A DNA stretch of 64,000 nt from an uncultured Mobiluncus sp. (lineage in GTDB: Bacteria > Actinomycetota > Actinomycetes > Actinomycetales > Actinomycetaceae), in NCBI RefSeq assembly GCF_943914685.1, contig NZ_CALUCZ010000008.1:4109-68108 (forward strand), given 5' to 3'. Under the pieces are notes generated by a model. That model had not been told where the DNA came from, ran no database searches, and saw nothing but the letters and a program-made list of their open reading frames with translations. Both the position numbers and the translations under genes were made by a program. Shown in pieces: positions 28,178-35,741 of this stretch; the first letter of the stretch is position 1, and the number at the start of each line of letters is the position of its first letter.

Positions 28178-28909
28178 ATGATATATGCACTCAGTGATAT
28201 ACACGGTTGTCTCGATGCTCTGGAAGACGCCTTGGCACGTATCGGGGATTTAGATGACATTCTGACGCCTGATTCCGATAATATGCTTATCTTCCTGGGC
28301 GATTACGTCGACGGTGGACCTGAGAGCGCATCTGTCTTATGCCGTATCCACGAGCTGCAACAACGCTATCCCGACAATGTCATCGTCCTCAAGGGAAACC
28401 ATGACGATTGGCTGCTGGATTTCCTCACCACCGATGAACCGCTATTTACCGTCACCTTCACTGAGGAAACCTTGTGCAGTTTCCTCCCCGCGTCCGTTAT
28501 CGACAGCTTTTCCGGAATCGGTTCCTTCGAGGTACTCCCAGCCATTCGAACCTATATTTTGGAGCACTATCCGTGGCTGGTGGGTTGGCTGCGTTCGCTG
28601 CCGCTCTATTTTAAGACGGAAACTCAGGTGTTCGTCCACGCCGGTATCGATGAGGACGCTGCGGAATGGTGGGAGTTGGGCACCAGCGAAGACGTGATGC
28701 TCAATAAGTACCCGCCCATGACCGGACCATTCCTCCTCGATGTTATTGCGGGTCATGTCGGCTCGGGGCAAGTGGCGGACGATCCGACTTTCCATGATGT
28801 GTTCTATGACGGATACTCGCACTACTTCATTGATGGCTCGGTGATACAATCTCAGCGGATTCCCGTTCTCACCTACGACACTGAGACAGGACAGTACGGT
28901 TCAATCTGA
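28178..28909 (+). CDS. Calcineurin-like metallophosphoesterase (PPP-family phosphatase / ApaH-like).
   Basis: 243 aa. Motifs 'DIHGC', 'GDYVDGGPES', 'GNHDDW'. Confidence 0.75.
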   Translation: MIYALSDIHGCLDALEDALARIGDLDDILTPDSDNMLIFLGDYVDGGPESASVLCRIHELQQRYPDNVIVLKGNHDDWLLDFLTTDEPLFTVTFTEETLCSFLPASVIDSFSGIGSFEVLPAIRTYILEHYPWLVGWLRSLPLYFKTETQVFVHAGIDEDAAEWWELGTSEDVMLNKYPPMTGPFLLDVIAGHVGSGQVADDPTFHDVFYDGYSHYFIDGSVIQSQRIPVLTYDTETGQYGSI

Positions 28910-29003
28910 GCAAACGGCTCATGGGCAGTCCGCGCTGTTGATTCAGCGCCTGCCGCGACGGTGGTATCTCCGATTCGCCGGATTGTCAGCCCTGCTCAAA
29001 ACA

Positions 29004-29031
29004 ATGGTGGCGGCGCAAAATTACGCCGCCA
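29004..29031 (-). terminator. Terminator of sodA (minus strand).
   Basis: ggtggcggcg-caaaatta-cgccgccacc: a perfect 10-bp stem. On the minus strand it is followed by attgtttt. Confidence 0.5.
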
Positions 29032-29059
29032 CCATGAGACACAGTTCCTAGCTGAAAAC

Positions 29060-29680
29060 CTAGAGCACGCCGTGATGTTTGGCGGCAGCCTCGAAGCGGC
29101 CTTCGACCTCGGTCCAGTTCACCACGTTCCACCAGGCCTTGACATAGTCAGCCTTGACGTTCAAGTAGTCCAAATAGAAAGCGTGCTCCCACATATCCAG
29201 CATGAGCAGCGGAATCTGAGCAATCGGAATGTTCGACTGCTGGTCGAACAACTGGAAGATGACCGGGCGACCCGCCACACTGTCCCAAGCCAGCACCGCC
29301 CAGCCGGAGCCTTGCAGTCCGGTCGCGGCGGCGGTGAAGTGCTTTTGGAAGGCTTCAAAAGAACCGAAGTATTCATCAATCGCTGCCGCGAGTTCACCGC
29401 TGGGTCGGTCGGGGGTGTCGTTAGCCGGACCCATCATCTTCCAAAAAGCCGAGTGGTTAGCGTGTCCGCCCAGGTTGAAAGCGAGGTCCTTTTCGAGCTG
29501 GTTAATCGTGGCAAAGTTGCCGGTCGCGCGGGCTTCTTCGAGCTTTTCCAAAGCCGTGTTCGCGCCGTTCACATAGTTGGCGTGGTGCTTGTCGTGGTGC
29601 AGCTGCATAATCTTGCCGGAGATGTGCGGCTCCAGAGCAGCGTAATCGTAGGGGAGTTCGGGGAGGGTGTAAACCGCCAT
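29060..29680 (-). CDS. sodA: Superoxide dismutase [Mn/Fe].
   Basis: 206 aa. 'HHDKHH', 'DMWEHAFYLDY' and other canonical Fe/Mn-SOD signatures. Confidence 0.9.
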   Translation of the reverse strand: MAVYTLPELPYDYAALEPHISGKIMQLHHDKHHANYVNGANTALEKLEEARATGNFATINQLEKDLAFNLGGHANHSAFWKMMGPANDTPDRPSGELAAAIDEYFGSFEAFQKHFTAAATGLQGSGWAVLAWDSVAGRPVIFQLFDQQSNIPIAQIPLLMLDMWEHAFYLDYLNVKADYVKAWWNVVNWTEVEGRFEAAAKHHGVL

Positions 29681-29863
29681 GTTTTGTTCCTAACTGTTGC
29701 AGTCAGATCCGGATTGACCCGACGGCTTGATTCTATCCGAGCATACGCGGGCTGTCTGCGGAGTATCGCCTATAGCAAAATCCGGGCCGTTAAATTTCTC
29801 GCCCAGCCGGTATATATGTAGAATAGTAGGCGCTGCTTTTTGTGCAGAATAACTAAATACCTG

Positions 29864-29947
29864 GAGGATTCGCCTAGTGGCCTATGGCGCACGCTTGGAA
29901 AGCGTGTTGGGTGCAAGCCCTCGGGGGTTCGAATCCCCCATCCTCCG
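29864..29947 (+). tRNA. tRNA-Ser (anticodon GGA).
   Basis: Acceptor stem GGAGGAT/ATCCTCC. Anticodon stem-loop cacgc-TTGGAAA-gcgtg. Long variable arm (class II). T-arm gggggTTCGAATccccc. Discriminator G. No encoded CCA. Confidence 0.85.
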
Positions 29948-30075
29948 CTGGTGGTGATGTCCGGCTTGTGCCGGGCATCATTTTCATTTGCACAAGGTCG
30001 GTGGGGCGAGACCCGTGACGGCCAGCGGTTTTCGTGGCGAACCTGCCGCCTCCCTGTGTTCTTCGCCTCGCGCCT

Positions 30076-30246
30076 AGCCAAACAGCACCGCGCAAACGCC
30101 GGCAAGAATCAGGGGATACTCGGTTGGTTGCGGATAAATAGTGGGATTTGGGCTGCAGCTGCCAATAATGGCAGCTGCAGCCCAAATCCCACCTTATAGC
30201 TACGCGCACTCCGCTACCCACCAAGAAACCGCCGGCCAAATCGCCA
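30076..30246. repeat. Hairpin-repeat family, copy 2. Core: TGGGATTTGGGCTGCAGCTGCC-aataat-GGCAGCTGCAGCCCAAATCCCA (30142-30191).
   Basis: 22-bp perfect stem with the same AATAAT loop and GCTGCC/GGCAGC loop-closing bases as copies 1 and 3. Both flanks ('agccaaaca.accgcgcaaacg.cggc.aga.tcaggggatactcg', 'tata..c.cgc.cactccgc.acccaccaa.aaaccgccg.cc') are shared with copy 3. Confidence 0.5.
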
Positions 30247-30272
30247 GGAAACCGCGATTTAGATTCAAGATA

Positions 30273-30303
30273 AAACCGCCTTGGCGTGGTGCCAAGACGG
30301 TTT
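30273..30303 (-). terminator. Hairpin plus T-run terminator for the 88-aa minus-strand gene.
   Basis: Minus-strand sequence aaaccgtcttggc-accac-gccaaggcggttttatctt. Confidence 0.4.
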
Positions 30304-30394
30304 GAATCCGAAATAAGTGAAAGCGGGCTGGCTCTTCCGAGCTGAAAAGCCTAGTGGAACGGCGGCTCCGCCTTCGCTTCCGGTTTACGTTATG

Positions 30395-30661
30395 TTACAA
30401 GCCCTGGGATTCCATGAGCTCTTCGTAATATTCCTCGTCATAGATGTCTTTCAGCGCTAGGACTTCATCAAGAAGTTCTTGCGTGAGGGGTTTGTTGTCA
30501 TTGGTGACTATAGCCGTCACCCCAACGAGAGGGACGAAAATCCCATCTTCTTCAAGGGCGCATAGCATATCGTTGCGCTCCTGTGCGGTAGCGTAGCCCT
30601 CGGCATATAAGTGCTCAAGCAGGGCTGCAACTCTTTTTTCATTCTCATTCATGTCCGTCAA
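30395..30661 (-). CDS. Small acidic hypothetical protein (88 aa).
   Basis: Clean ORF with its own downstream terminator; very acidic (E/D-rich). No motif recognised. Confidence 0.4.
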   Translation of the reverse strand: MTDMNENEKRVAALLEHLYAEGYATAQERNDMLCALEEDGIFVPLVGVTAIVTNDNKPLTQELLDEVLALKDIYDEEYYEELMESQGL

Positions 30662-30967
30662 TCCCTTTTCGTCCCACCCCAGTTTGCAGGAATCTTTTCC
30701 GTATTTTACCCGGTTGGGTGTTTACGTTGATGTCTCTACAGGGCGTTGGGAAGGCTGATCTGAATGTGGAATATTTACGCTCATAAGCAGCGACTTCCAT
30801 TTGAACACCATAAATCATCTTCCGTACTGTTTTCCTTTCGCCTTTGGCGCTTACTCTGTCGGGGTTTTGGTTTGTTAGGAAGGGGAGATGGACGACAACG
30901 GTTCCGAAAACCTGTTTTCAGCGGTAACCCCTTGCCGGTGACGACATTTATGTGACACAATAATCAT

Positions 30968-31219
30968 GTGGAAGTGTTCGAATCAGCTCTTAAACATGGG
31001 GTTGACCCGGCAGATGCGCTCTATGTGGTGCAGCACGCTCTACGAAGTTTCCTGATGAGAGAAGACCCGAGGAAAGTCCTGTACCTGGGCTTTTCTTCCA
31101 GTGGGCAAGCCTTAGAAGTTGTGACTGCTGAGACAGAGCTTTTCGGCGAGGCTTTGATTCATTCGATGCCTATGCGCAAGAGGTATCAAAAACTGATGGA
31201 AGGAGGACGAGATGAGTGA
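30968..31219 (+). CDS. BrnT-family (DUF497) type II toxin, short form.
   Basis: 84 aa from a GTG start. '...LKHGV...' and a C-terminal 'IHSMPMRKRYQK' resemble BrnT. It overlaps the following RHH antitoxin gene by 8 nt. Confidence 0.55.
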   Translation: MEVFESALKHGVDPADALYVVQHALRSFLMREDPRKVLYLGFSSSGQALEVVTAETELFGEALIHSMPMRKRYQKLMEGGRDE

Positions 31220-31505
31220 CATGCGGATAAGGAAATTTGACGAACTTTCCCCGGAGGAAGCAGAAATGCTGGAGCGTGACGTAGCTGAGGCTGAACGTGG
31301 TTACAGCATGGCGCAGCTTGACGCGGGTGAGAAACGGATGCGTGGTCGTCCTCTGAGTGTGGGAGATAGCCCTGCTGTCAAGGTACTGCGGGTGCGCATC
31401 GACCAGGAGCGTGATGCAAAACTTAGTAAATATATGAATGAGCACCACCTGACCCAGAGTGCTGCGGTGCGCGATTTACTGGATAAGGCACTGGCAGAAG
31501 TCTAG
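31212..31505 (+). CDS. BrnA-family antitoxin (CopG/ribbon-helix-helix).
   Basis: 97 aa. C-terminal RHH 'VRIDQERDAKLSKYMNEHHLTQSAAVRDLLDKAL'. Start overlaps the BrnT stop, the typical BrnT-BrnA order. Confidence 0.65.
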   Translation: MSDMRIRKFDELSPEEAEMLERDVAEAERGYSMAQLDAGEKRMRGRPLSVGDSPAVKVLRVRIDQERDAKLSKYMNEHHLTQSAAVRDLLDKALAEV

Positions 31506-31530
31506 GGACCCCAGCAGCGGCCCCGCGCTT

Positions 31531-31705
31531 AGCCAAACACACCGCGCAAACGTCGGCGAGAGTCAGGGGATACTCGCTCGGTTGTGCCTAAAAGGGGAGA
31601 ATAGCCGGGTAGCTGCCAATAATGGCAGCTACCCGGCTATTCTCCCCCTATAATCCACGCTCACTCCGCAACCCACCAACAAACCGCCGACCAACTCCCC
31701 GGGGG
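31531..31705. repeat. Hairpin-repeat family, copy 3. Core: GGGGAGAATAGCCGGGTAGCTGCC-aataat-GGCAGCTACCCGGCTATTCTCCCC (31594-31647).
   Basis: 24-bp perfect stem with the same loop and loop-closing bases. Flanks homologous to copy 2. Confidence 0.5.
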
Positions 31706-31758
31706 GCTCCGAAAGCCCAATTTCCAAAAAAATCCCAAATAAAACCTATTTAAACGTT

Positions 31759-31783
31759 CCGGTATGCCATATATGGCACACCG
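31759..31783. promoter_or_regulatory. Near-perfect palindrome ccggTATGCCATATATGGCAcaccg. It is the core of an approx. 45-bp imperfect palindrome (tttaaacg...cgtttaaa) upstream of the ABC importer operon.
   Basis: Seen directly. About 225 bp upstream of the substrate-binding protein gene start. Confidence 0.35.
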
Positions 31784-32007
31784 ACCCGTTTAAATCGGTT
31801 TAACGCACTATCGGCGCGGACCAGAGCCGAATCAGAGCAGGACCAAAGCTGCACCAGAGCCGGACCAAAGGTAAAAGATGGGTATGTTTTTAGTTATATT
31901 TAGGTTTTGCCTGTAAACTAGCCTCGTGCCACAAAAGTGGTATTACCCGAAAGTTCAGCGATGGCGCTGATGGCGCCAAGCTGAGGATATCTTTGGAGGC
32001 TAACCTC

Positions 32008-33663
32008 GTGAAGAAGCAACTAACTGCCATCGCTGCTGCGGCAGCCCTGGCATTGACGATGACTGCTTGCAGCTCTGGCTCGGACGGCGGCAGCGCTGAT
32101 GGCAAAACTGATCCCAACGCGGTAATCGTTGGTAATAATTCCGAGCCTCAACGCCCGCTGGTTCCGGCTGACACTAATGAGACCGGTGGCGGCTTGATTC
32201 TGGACCACATTTTTGCTGGCCTGGAATACTACGATGTCAAAGGCAACCCTCAGATGGAAGTTGCTGAATCTATCAAGTCTGACGACAACCAGAACTGGAC
32301 CATTAAAATCAAGGGCGATACCAAGTTCTCGGATGGCACTCCGGTGACTTCCAAGTCTTTCGTGGACGCCTGGAACCAGTCTGTGAAGCAAAGCATGCTC
32401 AACGCCAGCTTCTTTGAGTCCATTCAGGGCTATGACGAAGCGCTGAAAGTTGCGGAAGCCGCCATTGAAGCTGACAAAGAGAATGGGGTTGGCGACATGG
32501 ATATGAGCGGCCTGAAGGTAGTGGATGACACCACCTTCACCGTGGCTTTGAACCAGCCGGAATCTGACTTCCCGCTGCGTTTAGGCTACTCGGCGTTCTA
32601 TCCGCTACCGGAAGCCGGTATCGGCGACCGAGCCAAGGTCAAGGCCTACGGTGCAAACCCCATTACCAACGGTCCCTACCTGGTGAAAAAGGATTCCTGG
32701 AAGCACAACGAACAAATTGAGCTGATCCCGAACCCGGACTACAAGGGTGACCGCATGCCGAAGAACGGCGGGGTGACCTTCAAGTTCTACTCCACCCAGG
32801 ACGCGGCATATAACGACTTGCAGTCGGGCGCTTTGGACGTGTTGGACGCTATTCCGGACTCCGCGTTCGGAACCTACCAGGATGAGTTGGGCGACCGCTC
32901 GGTCAACGAGCCTTCCGCTATCTTCCAGTCCTTCACCTTCCCGAAGTCTGATGCTCGTTTCCAAGGCGAGGCCGGTGCCTTGCGTATGCAGGCTATCTCG
33001 ATGGCGATTAACCGTGAAGAAATCTGCAAGACCATCTTCCAGGACACTCGTACCCCCGCCATTGACTTCATTGCGCCGGTTATCCCCGGTCACAACGATT
33101 CGCTGAAGGGTAACGAGGTACTGAAGTTCAACCCGGAAAAGGCTAAGGAACTGTGGAAGCAGGCTGACGCGATTGAACCGTGGACTGGCGATTTGCAACT
33201 GGCATACAACTCTGATGGTGGCCACCAGGCATGGGTTGACGCGACGATGAACTCCATTAAGAACAATCTGGGTATTAATGCCAAGGGTGCTCCTTACCCG
33301 GACTTCAAGTCCATTCGTAACGAAGTCACCGACCGCACCATTAAGACGGCGTTCCGTACCGGTTGGCAGGCAGACTACCCCTCGCCTTACAACTTCCTCG
33401 GTCCGCTTTATCGCACCGGCGGTTCGGCTAACGACGGCGATTACTCCAACCCTGATTTCGACAATCTGCTCAAGCAGGCTCTGAACACCTCTGATCAGAA
33501 GGAAGCCTTTAAGATTTACGACCAGGCTCAGGAAATCCTGATGAAGGAATTGCCGACGATTCCGCTGTGGTACTCCAACGTCAACGGCGGTTGGGCAGAA
33601 GGCGTGCAGGGCGTCCAGTTCGACTGGCACTCCAAGCCGCTGTACTTCGACATCACCAAGTAA
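32008..33663 (+). CDS. ABC transporter substrate-binding lipoprotein, family 5 (oligopeptide/dipeptide/nickel type).
   Basis: Lipoprotein signal 'KKQLTAIAAAAALALTMTAC'. SBP_bac_5-like body. GGAGG RBS before GTG at 32008 (the ORF track starts 15 nt earlier). Confidence 0.85.
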   Translation: MKKQLTAIAAAAALALTMTACSSGSDGGSADGKTDPNAVIVGNNSEPQRPLVPADTNETGGGLILDHIFAGLEYYDVKGNPQMEVAESIKSDDNQNWTIKIKGDTKFSDGTPVTSKSFVDAWNQSVKQSMLNASFFESIQGYDEALKVAEAAIEADKENGVGDMDMSGLKVVDDTTFTVALNQPESDFPLRLGYSAFYPLPEAGIGDRAKVKAYGANPITNGPYLVKKDSWKHNEQIELIPNPDYKGDRMPKNGGVTFKFYSTQDAAYNDLQSGALDVLDAIPDSAFGTYQDELGDRSVNEPSAIFQSFTFPKSDARFQGEAGALRMQAISMAINREEICKTIFQDTRTPAIDFIAPVIPGHNDSLKGNEVLKFNPEKAKELWKQADAIEPWTGDLQLAYNSDGGHQAWVDATMNSIKNNLGINAKGAPYPDFKSIRNEVTDRTIKTAFRTGWQADYPSPYNFLGPLYRTGGSANDGDYSNPDFDNLLKQALNTSDQKEAFKIYDQAQEILMKELPTIPLWYSNVNGGWAEGVQGVQFDWHSKPLYFDITK

Positions 33664-33729
33664 TTTGGCGATAATTTGAGCTTGACTTGACGCGTCGAAA
33701 GACCGCCAAAAAGCCTGAAAATTGAACGA

Positions 33730-33767
33730 CTGCGGCCTGGGTGGGAAAAATCACTCCCAGGCCGCAG
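33730..33767 (+). terminator. Intra-operon stem-loop (attenuator/partial terminator) between the SBP and permease genes.
   Basis: ctgcggcctggg-tgggaaaaatcact-cccaggccgcag: a 12-bp perfect stem followed by ttacgttttcac. Confidence 0.45.
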
Positions 33768-33832
33768 TTACGTTTTCACTACCTTATCGGGGTAGAATCA
33801 TTGGGTTATTTCGATTTTGACAAGGAGGCGCC

Positions 33833-34759
33833 GTGGGACGATATCTCGGCCGCAGGCTCCTGCAGATTATTCCAGTGATGCTGGGTGCGACGCTGCTCAT
33901 CTACGCGCTGGTGTTCCTGATGCCAGGTGATCCGATTCAAGCTTTGGGCGGCGATCGTGGTTTGAGTGAGGCCGCCGCTGCCGCTATGCGCCGGCGTTAC
34001 CATCTGGATCAGCCATTCATCGTGCAATATCTGCTCTATCTGAAAGGCATCTTTACTCTAGACTTCGGGCTGACGTTCTCAGGTCGGGAAGTCACCGAAG
34101 TTATGGCTTCGGCTTTCCCCGTGACGATTAAGCTGGCTCTGATGGCTTTGGCGTTCGAAGCACTCTTTGGGATTGTGTTTGGGACGATTGCGGGTCTGAA
34201 GCGCGGGGGTATTTTTGACGCCACGGTTTTGGTGGTTTCGCTGTTCGTCATTGCCGTGCCGACTTTCGTCATTGGTTTCGTGATGCAGTTCCTCATAGGG
34301 GTGAAGCTGGGGTGGCTACCCACTACCGTGGGGGCAAACACATCTTTCGAAAGGCTGCTGATGCCTGCCATCGTTTTGGGGGCGGTGTCTTTCGCGTATG
34401 TGCTGCGTTTGACCCGCCAATCCGTGTCCGAGACCGTGTCGGCCGACCATGTGCGTACCGCTTATGCCAAGGGTCTGCGTCCCGGACGAGTTATTCGGGT
34501 ACATATCCTGCGTAACTCGCTGATTCCGGTCGCGACTTTCCTGGGCGCTGACCTGGGGGCGCTGATGGGTGGAGCCATCGTGACCGAGGGTATTTTTGCC
34601 ATCAACGGGGTGGGCGGCAATATTTACCAAGCCATTATCAAAGGCGAACCTGCCACAGTCGTCTCCTTTACCACCGTACTGGTGATGGTCTACATCTTGG
34701 CGAACCTCATCGTCGACCTGACATACGCCCTCCTGGACCCGCGGATTCGCTACGAGTAA
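33833..34759 (+). CDS. ABC transporter permease (OppB/DppB-like).
   Basis: 308 aa. Six TM helices and an EAA-type motif 'AYAKGLRPGRVIRVHILRNSLIPV'. AAGGAGG RBS. Confidence 0.85.
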   Translation: MGRYLGRRLLQIIPVMLGATLLIYALVFLMPGDPIQALGGDRGLSEAAAAAMRRRYHLDQPFIVQYLLYLKGIFTLDFGLTFSGREVTEVMASAFPVTIKLALMALAFEALFGIVFGTIAGLKRGGIFDATVLVVSLFVIAVPTFVIGFVMQFLIGVKLGWLPTTVGANTSFERLLMPAIVLGAVSFAYVLRLTRQSVSETVSADHVRTAYAKGLRPGRVIRVHILRNSLIPVATFLGADLGALMGGAIVTEGIFAINGVGGNIYQAIIKGEPATVVSFTTVLVMVYILANLIVDLTYALLDPRIRYE

Positions 34760-34770
34760 GGAGGGGGAAC

Positions 34771-35739
34771 ATGGCAAACGAAAACGAGAACACTGTGGAA
34801 ACGAAAACTTTGCCCGGACAGTCCCACTACGTTTCGGAAATCGACGAAACCGGTCTGGGGGCGGTAGATGCCGTAGCCGACGACCGCGCTCCCTCCTCCA
34901 TGTGGGGAGAGGCGTGGAAGTACCTGCGCAAACGTCCCCTGTTTTGGGTGGCGGCCGCCATTATTTTGTTCGCTGTGATGCTGGCGGCTTTCCCCAGCCT
35001 GTTCACCAGCGTGGATCCGAAGTTTTGCGAGCTAAAGAACTCTTACGGTCAACCCAGTGCCGGACACCCGTTCGGGTTTGACCGGCAGGGTTGCGACATT
35101 ATGGCGCGTACCGTTTACGGGGCGCGCGCCTCTGTAATCGTGGGAATCTTAACCACCGTGGTGGTGGTGCTCATAGGCGGCACGTTCGGAACCTTGGCAG
35201 GATTCTTTGGCGGCTGGTTGGACACAATCCTCTCCCGTATCACCGACATTATTTTCGCGGTACCATTCCTGCTGGCAGCCATCGTGGTTATGCAGATGTT
35301 CAGGGAAAACCGCACCATCTTTACGGTAGTTTTGGTGTTGGCGGTGTTTGGGTGGCCGCAAATCGCGCGTATTACCCGCGGGGCCGTGATGCAAACCAAG
35401 AACGAGGAATTCGTCAACGCTGCCAAGGCTTTAGGCGAAAGTAAGGTTCGTATCATCTTGCGTCACATCGTGCCTAACGCGACCGCTCCGATGATTGTTT
35501 ACGCCACCGTGGCTCTGGGGACGTTCATTGTGTCAGAAGCGACGCTGTCCTTCCTGGGTGTCGGCCTGCCTTCTGACGTGGTCAGCTGGGGTGGAGATAT
35601 TTCCCGCGCTCAGTCCGCACTGCGTCAAAACCCGTCAGTCCTGTTCTATCCGGCTGGCGCGCTGGCTATGACCGTTTTGAGCTTCATCATGATGGGTGAC
35701 GTGGTTCGCGATGCCCTCGATCCGAAAGCGAGGAAGTAA
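34771..35739 (+). CDS. ABC transporter permease (OppC/DppC-like).
   Basis: 322 aa. TM bundle with 'AAKALGESKVRIILRHIVPNATAPMIVYAT'. Confidence 0.85.
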   Translation: MANENENTVETKTLPGQSHYVSEIDETGLGAVDAVADDRAPSSMWGEAWKYLRKRPLFWVAAAIILFAVMLAAFPSLFTSVDPKFCELKNSYGQPSAGHPFGFDRQGCDIMARTVYGARASVIVGILTTVVVVLIGGTFGTLAGFFGGWLDTILSRITDIIFAVPFLLAAIVVMQMFRENRTIFTVVLVLAVFGWPQIARITRGAVMQTKNEEFVNAAKALGESKVRIILRHIVPNATAPMIVYATVALGTFIVSEATLSFLGVGLPSDVVSWGGDISRAQSALRQNPSVLFYPAGALAMTVLSFIMMGDVVRDALDPKARK

Positions 35740-35741
35740 CG

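Noticed and set aside
19490-29000. Looked for direct repeats, att sites or an integrase delimiting the accessory island.
   Set aside because: None found by eye. The island is bounded only by the pntB and sodA terminators, so I make no claim about an integration mechanism.
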